64,000 bases of DNA from PVC group bacterium (lineage in GTDB: Bacteria; Omnitrophota; Gorgyraeia; B26-G9): contig JAAEQR010000072.1 of NCBI GenBank assembly GCA_024231215.1, positions 641,210-705,209 on the forward strand, in the 5' to 3' direction. The notes below the pieces were generated by a model, which saw only the letters and a list, made by a program, of their open reading frames with translations, did not search any database and was not told the DNA's origin. The position numbers were made by a program, and so were the translations under genes. Each line of letters starts with the position of its first letter. Position 1 is the first letter of the stretch. Shown here in pieces: positions 1 to 8,670 of this stretch.

Positions 1-1
1 G

Positions 2-223
2 AAAAAAATACTTTTTTTTCTTTTTGCTTTGCCGATTGCCTTGGCGTCAAATATCGTGCGGATTATGATGTTGATTTTCGTGTTTTATGTTTACGGATCA
101 GAAATAGCAATGGGTTGGTTTCATGATTTCTCGGGGATGCTGGTTTTTATTGTAGCATTCATGGGATTGGTATTATTGAGAAAGTTGTTTTTATTATGTC
201 CGGAAAAAAAATTGATAACTTAA
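2..223 (+). CDS. exosortase (XrtA/EpsH-like), C-terminal fragment; the 5' end lies outside the window
   Basis: The reading frame is open from the window edge. It encodes hydrophobic TM helices with an 'ASNIVRI' motif that resembles the conserved Asn/Arg motif of exosortases. EpsI follows immediately and PEP-CTERM cargo genes lie downstream. Confidence 0.45.
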   Translation, partial: KKILFFLFALPIALASNIVRIMMLIFVFYVYGSEIAMGWFHDFSGMLVFIVAFMGLVLLRKLFLLCPEKKLIT

Positions 224-819
224 CAATAAGTGTTCTTGTGCTTTTTGTGTTTGTTTTATTGACGATGCGTATTGTTTCGTCGCGGGAAGAGTTTGCCTTA
301 GAAGTTGAAAAGCCTTCAATCCCGGCAGAGCTTGCGGATTGGAAATTATTAGGTGAGGTTGTAATTCCCGAAGATATCCTAAAAATATTGGGTACAAAAG
401 CCGCGACTTTGGGAGAATATAGAAATGCTGCGGGAGAAAAGATAGACCTATACATCTTAAAGAGTTCAGGCCGTCGTTCTACAATACATTCTCCGGAGTA
501 TTGTTATCTTGGTTCGGGTAAGAATGAACTCTTAAAAAGGGGCAAATACGATGTTTCACTTGATTCGGGAAAAACATTAAAAGTAAACTATTTGTTCATC
601 CAAATTGAAGGTGGATTTCAAACGGTTGTATATTTTTATACGGCAAATCAATTGAAAACACACAACTATTATAAACAGCAATTATTTTTCATTTTGAAAC
701 GGCTAAAGAATGAGCCAGTGGAAGGGTGCTTGATGAGAGTTGCAAAATTCTCTAGAAATAATGATTTGGAGCCATCTTTAGAATCATTGCAACCTGTTGT
801 TAGGGAGTTGGTTAGGTGA
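196..819 (+). CDS. EpsI-family exosortase-associated protein
   Basis: Single N-terminal TM helix plus an 'HSPEYCYLGSG' motif that matches the EpsI HxPExC signature. It overlaps the exosortase 3' end. Confidence 0.55.
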   Translation: MSGKKIDNLTISVLVLFVFVLLTMRIVSSREEFALEVEKPSIPAELADWKLLGEVVIPEDILKILGTKAATLGEYRNAAGEKIDLYILKSSGRRSTIHSPEYCYLGSGKNELLKRGKYDVSLDSGKTLKVNYLFIQIEGGFQTVVYFYTANQLKTHNYYKQQLFFILKRLKNEPVEGCLMRVAKFSRNNDLEPSLESLQPVVRELVR

Positions 820-865
820 TTATTTTTCTGTATTTTTAAAAAGTTTTAAAAAGTTTTCAGCAATC

Positions 866-894
866 TTGACAGGTTGAACTTTATGTGGTATACT
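866..894 (+). promoter_or_regulatory. sigma-70-like promoter: TTGACA, 17-nt spacer, TATACT, with an extended TGTGG element
   Basis: TTGACA at 866-871 and TATACT at 889-894, with an exact 17-nt spacer, upstream of the 937 CDS. Confidence 0.45.
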
Positions 895-936
895 TTTGAT
901 AGTTTTTATTATTCAGAAACACAAAATTAATTTTGG

Positions 937-2046
937 GTGTCGATTATGAAAAGAAAAGCTTATCCTATAAATCGAATAGCGCAAGTACTTATCGCAATAA
1001 TAGGCATGTTGTCTGTTAGTGTTACAGGCCTATTTGCGGCAAGTTGTGATATTGGAGCATTTGTTGGTAATGATGATCATCGTGCTCCTTATGATTATGA
1101 AGTGCGTGATTTTGAGAATATAACCGGACATCATTTAGATTCAGTCCAGTTGTTCTGGGCATGGAACGATGGTAGTTTTCCGGGTGCTGATTTGGATACC
1201 GGAGTTCGTTATCATGATGGTTATAACACGCAGACCAGTCTTCAGCTTACTTGGGAGCCTTGGTCCAGAGCTGGTGGAACCGACGCTTCTTATACTCTTC
1301 CAAATATAATCAATGGTACATACGATTCTTATATTACACAATTCGCAAACGATTGCTATAGCTGGCAGGCACCGATTAGATTACGTTTTGCGCATGAAAT
1401 GATTACTCCTTCTGGAACTGACAATTGGTATCCATGGCAGAATAACCCCACAGAATATACTCAAGCCTGGCGTCATATTTACAATATTTTTGAACAGGAA
1501 TCCGCATCACGCGCGGTAGACAATGTGGAATTTGTTTGGGCGCCGTTAGGAGCGATTGGTAACACGACAACGTTACAGCAGTATTATCCGGGACAGGAAT
1601 ATGTTGATTGGATTGGTATGGGAGGACATAATGCCGGAGAAGATGGTGAACCGGGATGGCCTTACTGGCAGAATTTTGATGATTTGTTTGCTAATGTTTA
1701 TAATGTTGTAACTCAGCATCCGGAAATCTTTGGTGATAAAGAGATGATGATTGCTGAATTTTCATCTGCAGATGGCGATAGTCCTAGCGATAAAGCGACT
1801 TGGATTGCACAAGCTTTTTCAAGAATAAAAAATAACTATACAAAAATTAGCGCGTTTTACTGGTTCAATACCGTGAAAGAACATGACTGGCGGATTAATT
1901 CTACTCCGGAAAGTCTTGCGGCATTCCAGTATTTTATGGAAGATGAATATTTCACATCCCATGTTGTACCTGAACCAAGCGGAATAATTCTATTCGGAGC
2001 GGGATTGACATATTTGTTAGGAATTTGTAAAAGAATTAATGTGTAG
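937..2046 (+). CDS. PEP-CTERM-anchored secreted glycoside hydrolase, GH26-like (putative beta-mannanase)
   Basis: Signal peptide present. 'RLRFAHEM...WYPWQ' resembles the GH26 'RP.HE.NG.WFWWG' catalytic-acid region. The C-terminal 'VPEPSGIILFGAGL...KR' is a PEP-CTERM sorting signal. Confidence 0.55.
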   Translation: MSIMKRKAYPINRIAQVLIAIIGMLSVSVTGLFAASCDIGAFVGNDDHRAPYDYEVRDFENITGHHLDSVQLFWAWNDGSFPGADLDTGVRYHDGYNTQTSLQLTWEPWSRAGGTDASYTLPNIINGTYDSYITQFANDCYSWQAPIRLRFAHEMITPSGTDNWYPWQNNPTEYTQAWRHIYNIFEQESASRAVDNVEFVWAPLGAIGNTTTLQQYYPGQEYVDWIGMGGHNAGEDGEPGWPYWQNFDDLFANVYNVVTQHPEIFGDKEMMIAEFSSADGDSPSDKATWIAQAFSRIKNNYTKISAFYWFNTVKEHDWRINSTPESLAAFQYFMEDEYFTSHVVPEPSGIILFGAGLTYLLGICKRINV

Positions 2047-2064
2047 GAAGGGAGGGAATACGAA

Positions 2065-2658
2065 TTGACTAAGAAGCTTTTATTAATAATTTGCGCAGTA
2101 AGTTTGCTGGTTGTTCCAGCGGTAGTTAGCGCAGCGGATGATTTCCAGGGGTTTGGAGTATATCTTGACCGAGGTAGTCGTGCTAATCATTATTCTCCGT
2201 CAGGATGGATGGGTGATTATGGTGACCTTAAGATTACCCAAGGACATAAAGACAATCCATATTCCGGGAAGACTTGTATTAAAATTACTTATACCGCAGA
2301 AGGAAAACAGGGTGCGAACTGGGCAGGGATGTACTGGCAGTGGCCGCCAAATAACTGGGGTGAAAGAAACGGTGGTTTTGATCTGACTGGTGCGACAAAA
2401 CTGACTTTCTGGGCTCGCGGAGAAACCGGTGACGAACATATAGTGGAATTTAAGGTCGGCGGATTAACCGGCACATATTCTGACACTGATTCTAATAGTA
2501 TTGGGCCGGTAGAATTAACTTCTGAATGGACACAATACGAGATTGATTTAACTGACCTTGATTTATCATACATTAGTGGTGGATTTGCCTGGGTAACTAA
2601 TTCTATGGCAAACCAAGAAGGATGTGTTTTCTATCTTGATGATATTAGATACGAATAA
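2065..2658 (+). CDS. secreted protein with a beta-sandwich/CBM-like region and no PEP-CTERM
   Basis: Signal peptide 'LLVVPAVVSAADD', aromatic/Gly-rich composition, and a good ORF in an operon with PEP-CTERM genes. Confidence 0.45.
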   Translation: MTKKLLLIICAVSLLVVPAVVSAADDFQGFGVYLDRGSRANHYSPSGWMGDYGDLKITQGHKDNPYSGKTCIKITYTAEGKQGANWAGMYWQWPPNNWGERNGGFDLTGATKLTFWARGETGDEHIVEFKVGGLTGTYSDTDSNSIGPVELTSEWTQYEIDLTDLDLSYISGGFAWVTNSMANQEGCVFYLDDIRYE

Positions 2659-2730
2659 AAAGAGAGAGAGGTGATCAGGATGAATAATTTATTAAGTATT
2701 ACTAACGAAAAAATGAAAGGAGGTGAAATA

Positions 2731-3360
2731 ATGAAAAAGGTATTTGCAATTATAGCTATGATTACTTTGTTAAGCATTCCTGCGATAGCACAAGCAAACT
2801 TATTGGTCAACGGAAGTTTTGAGCAGGCACCAGGACCTAGCGATCCTCGTTTCCCAGGTTGGGATAGTTCATGGGGTGAAGCATATAATAACTGGTTGAG
2901 AACAGCAACTGCTCCTTATGCTACTGATGGAAGTTGGTATGCAAAGTGTTGGTGGGATGGCGGTATTGTACAGTCTGTAAGTGTCACCGGAGACCAAACC
3001 TATGAATTGCTCTTCGATTGGTGGTGTGCAGATAATGCTGTTGGAGAAGGATGGGCTACTGAAGCAAAGATTGAGTATTTCAATGCTTCAGACATATCTG
3101 TTGGCACTGAGAGTTTTGCCCTTACTAGTTTAGCTGATGGTAATTGGCATGAAGATATTGGCGGAACTACAGTTGCTCCAACCCCAGCGGTAACAGCGGA
3201 ACTCACTTTTTTTACATGGGCGGATGCTACTACCGAACCAGGTAACCCAACAGGTTGGGATAACGTAAGATTTGACGTAATTCCAGAGCCGAGCAGTCTT
3301 TTGCTTTTAGGTACTGGTATTATGGGTATGCTTTCCGCGGTAAGAAAAAAGAAAGCATAA
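2731..3360 (+). CDS. PEP-CTERM domain secreted protein (CBM-like)
   Basis: RBS AAAGGAGG lies upstream of the ATG at 2731. The protein has a signal peptide and ends in 'IPEPSSLLLLGTGIMGMLSAVRKKKA', a PEP-CTERM motif with a TM helix and basic tail. Confidence 0.6.
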   Translation: MKKVFAIIAMITLLSIPAIAQANLLVNGSFEQAPGPSDPRFPGWDSSWGEAYNNWLRTATAPYATDGSWYAKCWWDGGIVQSVSVTGDQTYELLFDWWCADNAVGEGWATEAKIEYFNASDISVGTESFALTSLADGNWHEDIGGTTVAPTPAVTAELTFFTWADATTEPGNPTGWDNVRFDVIPEPSSLLLLGTGIMGMLSAVRKKKA

Positions 3361-3390
3361 ATAAATAATACGCTATTTTATAGGTAAGCT

Positions 3391-3428
3391 AAAAGAGCAG
3401 GAGTTTTACTCCTGCTCTTTTGTTTTCT
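3391..3428 (+). terminator. rho-independent terminator
   Basis: Perfect 14-bp hairpin AAAAGAGCAGGAGT / ACTCCTGCTCTTTT with loop TTT, followed by a T-run. Confidence 0.7.
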
Positions 3429-3437
3429 GTAGAGCCA

Positions 3438-3466
3438 TTGTATGTGCATTTTTCTTATGGTATAAT
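3438..3466 (+). promoter_or_regulatory. sigma-70 promoter with extended -10 (TTGTAT, 17-nt spacer, TGgTATAAT)
   Basis: TTGTAT at 3438-3443 and TATAAT at 3461-3466, preceded by TGG, upstream of the 3517 CDS. Confidence 0.5.
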
Positions 3467-3516
3467 TATATTCAGCTATAAGATATTTAAGATATTATTT
3501 TAATTAGGAAGTAGTA

Positions 3517-6102
3517 ATGAAAAAGATAAAACGCTCCGGGATTGCCTTGATCATGGCTGTCGGGATACTTGCTATCCTGGCTATGGTTGCTATCGGTTTT
3601 TCTGTGTTTGCTCGTATGGAATTAAAATCTTCTACAGGTTATGAAAATCAATTCCAGGCAGATTGTATTGCAGAGGCCGGGATCTCTCAGACTATCTGGG
3701 ATTTGAAATACGGAGCAAAGGGAGTAAAAGCAGAACTCTATGATACGCCTTTAGATGATTGGTATTATGAAGGTGATGGAGGTTCTAACCCTGTAGCCGA
3801 TGATCTGAAAACTGCAGCAACACCTTCCTTTGGCGTTCCGCAAGCTTTTGGCGGTGGTACTTATAAACTTAAAGTTATTGATTGTGCAAGTCTAGTAAAT
3901 ATCAATGTGCCTTTCCCTGGGAGTAATCCAAATGTTAGGAATGGCTTGCAGGCTGTCTTAGGTGGATTATTAAGTAGTTCTTCAAAAGCAACTGATATAT
4001 TAAACTATCGTCAAACTCTCCCTAATAACAAGTTTATTTCCAAAGAAGAGATGAAATTGGTTAGTACTGTTAATGATAGTGATTATAATAATATTAAAGA
4101 TTATATAACCTTGTATGGGGGTGTTGATACTGGTGATTATACCTTGGGTCAGACGTTAGGGGCTCAGCCTGGGCATACAGAGATGTGTTTTATAAATGTT
4201 AATACTGCCCCAGCAGTTGTATTGGATACGGTTTTAGATCCGATTATGTCAGGCAGTACAGCTACGCTGATTAGCCATATTATTAGTCGGAGGAATAGTA
4301 ATCCTTTTGATGGGTCTAATACAGGGACTGATAATTTCTCTTCAGCTTTAGGTGAGTGGCAGTGGTTTTTACAGAATGAGGAGGCTAACGGTGATATTAG
4401 TGTAGGAGACTTGGCAAGTTTACTTGATGAAACCAACCCCAATCGTTATGAGCCAGGTGTAGCTGTTACTCCTAGTACTTATTTTTCTTTTGATTCTGGG
4501 GGGTATTATGAAATAGAGGCGATTGGGGATTATAACGGAGCAAGTAAACGCATAACCAAAGCAGTGCATATCTATAATAAAATATATCAGACAAGTAAAG
4601 AAGATTTTGATACTAAAAATGATCCTCTGCGCACTACACGTGTAACCTGGAAAGATTCCTGTCCGGTTACCTATGGTTGTTTAAAAAAACATATCTATGA
4701 TCCTACTGCAACAGATGTGGAATTAATGCTGGGTTCTATAAAATTAGGATTTTGGGATGATTTTGATGAAGACTATGATCATAGCAATCCTAATGATAAA
4801 GGGGATTGGGTTACTTTGCAGGAGAGTTTTAATATTGCAGTGGATCCAAATGATTCAAATAATTGGATTCTTAGAACTTGGCCTATCGGAGGACCGGGTA
4901 GTTTTGTGCAGGGCAGAAATTATTTTCCGAATGTAGAACTTGATAGGGATAAATGGAGGGTTAATGGTTTTTCGATTTGTGTTCGTTTAATTGACGAATT
5001 AGATGATGTTAAGGCACCTGCTGGATGGAGAACGGATCTTCCTTGGCCGAATATTCCTAATGGTGGAAATTGGGGAAATGATGCAGATACTAGTACTTGC
5101 CCTGATCCATCGAGAATTAAGTCTGGAAAATACCATGAGCGTTTTATGAATGTAGCGCATTTGAAATTTGGAGTGAATCCTATGGATTGTGCTGGAGTAT
5201 ATTGTTCTTTCCCGCAGGAATACGATATACTTCCGGATGGTACAGATAATGTATTGTATAGTCAATGGGTTGATTATGATGGTACTGGTTATATATATTT
5301 TGCGCCTGCTCCTGACCCAGCAAATCCAGCTATAGATGTTACTCTTAAACCTTTTAGTGTTTTGCGTGAGCCACAGTTAATGGTTATATTTGATAGTTGG
5401 TGGTGGCCGGATTCCTCTCCCTCAGGCTTCCGTGGATCTGAAGAAGGGACTGAATGTAAGTCTATGGTATCTTATGGTTACCAGCATGATAAAACTTTTT
5501 GTTTATCAACCAAGGGTCCAATGAATATTGATATAACTGTTTATTTCCCTGGCAATTCTATGTCTGCTAAAAACCCGGATATACCTAATGACTGGAATGG
5601 AGGTTTTATGGCATATCCATCGTATAATGATTGGGAAAATAGAATTATTACAATGTCGGGGATTAACAGTCTCTTTGATATGGATAATGTTCGAATTATT
5701 CCCGAACAAGGAGTATATACTGCAGGGAATTTTGATCCTACTAATACTGGTGGGACTTTAAATATGATTGAATGGGGAACGTTGTCTTCTGGGGTTAGCT
5801 TGCCTCAAAATGCTAATAAGGATAAAGAAAGAGTGTTTTTGCATACTAACTTTTTCGGATTAGATACTTATGCTTTGCCAGGACCAGGTGATGTAGAACC
5901 CGTATCGGCAGGGGTGTATTCTCCTGCAGGAGGTTCTTTAGGCGCTGGGACTTATCCTGTAATACGGTATCGAATTTATATGTTTTCAGATGATGATCGG
6001 GTGGTTGCTAGTAGTTATAAGTTTGAAAATACTCCGGTTGTAGAGGATGTAACAATTACCTACATGCCGCAGACAAAAATATTAGCTATGAATAAGAATT
6101 AA
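3517..6102 (+). CDS. giant GspK/PilX-like minor pseudopilin (861 aa) with a large extracellular domain
   Basis: N-terminus 'KRSGIALIMAVGILAILAMVAIGF...ARMELKSS...QADCIAEAG' matches the GspK N-terminal TM plus 'QA..AE.G' pattern. It lacks the pilin Glu5. The remaining ~800 aa are Asn/Gly/Trp/Tyr-rich and look like a surface domain. Confidence 0.5.
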   Translation: MKKIKRSGIALIMAVGILAILAMVAIGFSVFARMELKSSTGYENQFQADCIAEAGISQTIWDLKYGAKGVKAELYDTPLDDWYYEGDGGSNPVADDLKTAATPSFGVPQAFGGGTYKLKVIDCASLVNINVPFPGSNPNVRNGLQAVLGGLLSSSSKATDILNYRQTLPNNKFISKEEMKLVSTVNDSDYNNIKDYITLYGGVDTGDYTLGQTLGAQPGHTEMCFINVNTAPAVVLDTVLDPIMSGSTATLISHIISRRNSNPFDGSNTGTDNFSSALGEWQWFLQNEEANGDISVGDLASLLDETNPNRYEPGVAVTPSTYFSFDSGGYYEIEAIGDYNGASKRITKAVHIYNKIYQTSKEDFDTKNDPLRTTRVTWKDSCPVTYGCLKKHIYDPTATDVELMLGSIKLGFWDDFDEDYDHSNPNDKGDWVTLQESFNIAVDPNDSNNWILRTWPIGGPGSFVQGRNYFPNVELDRDKWRVNGFSICVRLIDELDDVKAPAGWRTDLPWPNIPNGGNWGNDADTSTCPDPSRIKSGKYHERFMNVAHLKFGVNPMDCAGVYCSFPQEYDILPDGTDNVLYSQWVDYDGTGYIYFAPAPDPANPAIDVTLKPFSVLREPQLMVIFDSWWWPDSSPSGFRGSEEGTECKSMVSYGYQHDKTFCLSTKGPMNIDITVYFPGNSMSAKNPDIPNDWNGGFMAYPSYNDWENRIITMSGINSLFDMDNVRIIPEQGVYTAGNFDPTNTGGTLNMIEWGTLSSGVSLPQNANKDKERVFLHTNFFGLDTYALPGPGDVEPVSAGVYSPAGGSLGAGTYPVIRYRIYMFSDDDRVVASSYKFENTPVVEDVTITYMPQTKILAMNKN

Positions 6103-6121
6103 AGAAAAGGAGAGAGGAGAT

Positions 6122-6427
6122 ATGTCAGAGAAGAGAAAATATAAAAGGTTAAGTCAGGTTGTGCCGGTGCGTCATCGCAAACAAAAAGAAGCCAATGTGA
6201 AATCCAGTCAGGCTTTGGATATCTCTACCGGAGGTATGCGTATTGCCTCTGAGGCGCAGCTGGAGATTGGCTCAGAATTAAATATCGAAATGCATATTAA
6301 TAAATCAGCCCAGCCTTTTTATGCTAAAGGAGAAGTAGTTTGGCTTAAGGAAAAAGAGAATAAAACTTTTGATGTTGGGATAAAGTTTGTGCGTGTTGTG
6401 CAAAAAACTGAAATAGAAGGATTTTAA
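6122..6427 (+). CDS. PilZ domain protein (c-di-GMP effector)
   Basis: Canonical 'RKYKR' (RxxxR) and 'DISTGGMRI' (DxSxGG) motifs. Confidence 0.7.
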   Translation: MSEKRKYKRLSQVVPVRHRKQKEANVKSSQALDISTGGMRIASEAQLEIGSELNIEMHINKSAQPFYAKGEVVWLKEKENKTFDVGIKFVRVVQKTEIEGF

Positions 6428-6438
6428 TCTTTCATTAA

Positions 6439-7935
6439 ATGGATTTTAAGAAAAATTTATATAGATTACTGAAGGTTCTCGTTATCGCTTTTTGGCTGGT
6501 GATGATGGGAACCTTATTTGCAAAAAATTTAATCTTCTACAACAGCCTTACCGCGTATCAGCCTTTTCTATCTAAAAATACGCTTCTTTCCGACCAGTGG
6601 ATGGGAATTTACTTTAATGATAACCATGTTGGATTTTCACACACTTCTATTGAGCCTTATAATATCAAAAGTGGCGTTTCAGGATACCGGATCATAAGCC
6701 GTACAAACATGAATTTTTTACTTTTAAGAAAAAGGCAGCGTGTCTGGTTTGACGCGGCGGCAATCGTTGATGAGAATTACCAATTAGTAAACTTTGAATT
6801 CTATCTGCGTTCCGGGATGCATAAGATTAATGTAAAAGGCCTGGTATCAAAGGCAAATGAAATAAACCTGGCTATTGATTCGCAAGGGGTAGTTAGCAGC
6901 CGCAAGATCGTTCTGCCTGAGCAGGAAGGCGTGATCTTGGCTAGTATTATCAGTCCGTTTAATTCGTTCGGCAACTTAAGTGTAGGGGCAAAATATAATT
7001 TAAAAGTATTAAATCCTTTTACCCTTGCACTTGAACCATTAGCTTTAGAAGTTGCCGGTAAGGAGATGCTCGAGCATGAAGGAGAACAGATAGAAGTATT
7101 TATCGTAAAATCCGATTACCGCGGTTTTAAACAGACAGCCTGGGTAAATAAAGAAGGAGAAATTATAAAAGAAGAAACAGCTTTAGGCTGGATTCTTCGA
7201 AAAGAATCGCCGGATATTGCAACGAGGTTATTAGAGACAGCTGATAGATCAGATACGGAATTATTAGAATTTGTATCTTTAACTTCAAATATGAACTTAG
7301 ATAAAAAGGATGCTGTGTATTTAAAACTTGCCTTATCCGGGGTGGGAGATGAATTTCCCCTTGAAAACCAGCGGCAGAGACTTGAATCTAAAGAAGTGCT
7401 GATTATAAATAAAGAATCAATTAAACCAGAGGAAGCTTTAAGTTTACCGATTGATAAGTATAGTGAGTTCCTTAAGGCGACTGATTTTCTCCAGGTAAAT
7501 GACGAAAAGATTCAAAAGATGGCCAAACGGATCTTAAAGAATGAAAATAATAGCTGGCTAGCTGCGAAAAAAATAAATGACTGGGTGTATAAGACGATCC
7601 GAAAAACACCGGTAGTAAGTATTCCTTCAGCTATAGATGTTTTAAATACGCGGGAAGGAGACTGTAATGAACATACCGCTTTATTTACTGCTTTGGCGCG
7701 TGCTGCAGGAATTCCTGCGAAAGTTCATGTCGGACTTGTGTATTTGAAAGGCAGATTTTATTATCATGCCTGGCCCAGTGTGTACGTGGGAAAATGGATA
7801 GATATGGATCCTACGTTTGGCCAGGATATCGCGGATGTTAGTCATATAAAGCTTTTAGAAGGAGATTTGAATAAACAATTGGATATTGTTAAACTGATCG
7901 GTAAGATTGCATTGGAGGTGATTGAATATAGATGA
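6439..7935 (+). CDS. transglutaminase-like cysteine protease domain membrane protein
   Basis: N-terminal TM helix. C-terminal 'GDCNEHTALFTALARAAGIPAKVHVG...YHAWPSV...DMDPT' carries the Cys-His-Asp transglutaminase core. Confidence 0.65.
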   Translation: MDFKKNLYRLLKVLVIAFWLVMMGTLFAKNLIFYNSLTAYQPFLSKNTLLSDQWMGIYFNDNHVGFSHTSIEPYNIKSGVSGYRIISRTNMNFLLLRKRQRVWFDAAAIVDENYQLVNFEFYLRSGMHKINVKGLVSKANEINLAIDSQGVVSSRKIVLPEQEGVILASIISPFNSFGNLSVGAKYNLKVLNPFTLALEPLALEVAGKEMLEHEGEQIEVFIVKSDYRGFKQTAWVNKEGEIIKEETALGWILRKESPDIATRLLETADRSDTELLEFVSLTSNMNLDKKDAVYLKLALSGVGDEFPLENQRQRLESKEVLIINKESIKPEEALSLPIDKYSEFLKATDFLQVNDEKIQKMAKRILKNENNSWLAAKKINDWVYKTIRKTPVVSIPSAIDVLNTREGDCNEHTALFTALARAAGIPAKVHVGLVYLKGRFYYHAWPSVYVGKWIDMDPTFGQDIADVSHIKLLEGDLNKQLDIVKLIGKIALEVIEYR

Positions 7936-8663
7936 TTAAGACGGAGAATTTAAGAAAAGAATTTGGGGATTTAGTGGCTCTTAATGATCTTTCTTTGGAT
8001 ATTGCTGAAGGAGAGTTCTTTGCTTTTTTAGGGCCTAATGCCGCGGGCAAGACAACCACAATAAAGCTATTGATTGGATTGCTTAAGCCGACAAAAGGCA
8101 CGGCTTATGTTTGCGGTTATAATATACAAAAAGATTATGTGGAAGCTAAAAAACATATAAGTTATATTCCAGATTTTCCTTTTTTATATGAAAAGCTTAC
8201 AGCCCGGGAGTTTTTGCATTTTGTCTGTGATTTGTATCCAGAACAGGAGATGAAAAACAGGAAGACTGTAATCGATGATCTTTTATTAAAATTCAACTTG
8301 AATGAACATCAAAATCATTTGATTGAGCATTATTCGCATGGTATGCGGCAGAAGCTGGTGTTTGCCGCGTCTTTGATCCATGATCCGAAGGTGATGATTA
8401 TTGATGAACCAATGGTTGGATTAGATCCGCATTCTACACGTGTAGTGAAAGATATTTTAAAAGAAAAGTCAAAACAGGGTGTGACGATATTTTTATCGAC
8501 TCATACTTTAAGCGTGGCTGAAGAATTGGCTGATCGTATTGGAATAATAGATCACGGCAAGCTGATTGCGATAGGAACCTTAGATGAACTGAGAAAATCC
8601 TCAGGTGAAGGCGGTAGATTAGAAGATGTGTTTTTGCGACTTACCGAGGAGGAAGGTTCGTAA
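7932..8663 (+). CDS. ABC transporter ATP-binding protein
   Basis: Walker A 'GPNAAGKTT', ABC signature 'YSHGMRQKL' and Walker B 'MIIDEP'. Its start overlaps the upstream gene. Confidence 0.85.
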   Translation: MIKTENLRKEFGDLVALNDLSLDIAEGEFFAFLGPNAAGKTTTIKLLIGLLKPTKGTAYVCGYNIQKDYVEAKKHISYIPDFPFLYEKLTAREFLHFVCDLYPEQEMKNRKTVIDDLLLKFNLNEHQNHLIEHYSHGMRQKLVFAASLIHDPKVMIIDEPMVGLDPHSTRVVKDILKEKSKQGVTIFLSTHTLSVAEELADRIGIIDHGKLIAIGTLDELRKSSGEGGRLEDVFLRLTEEEGS

Positions 8664-8670
8664 ATAAATT

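Noticed and set aside
8060-8080. A sigma-54 (-24/-12) promoter candidate 'GGCACG...TTTGC' near rpoN-proximal genes
   Set aside because: The GG to GC spacing is wrong (16 rather than 10), and it lies inside the ABC ATPase coding sequence. No convincing TGGCAC-N5-TTGCW element was seen upstream of the radical SAM cluster.
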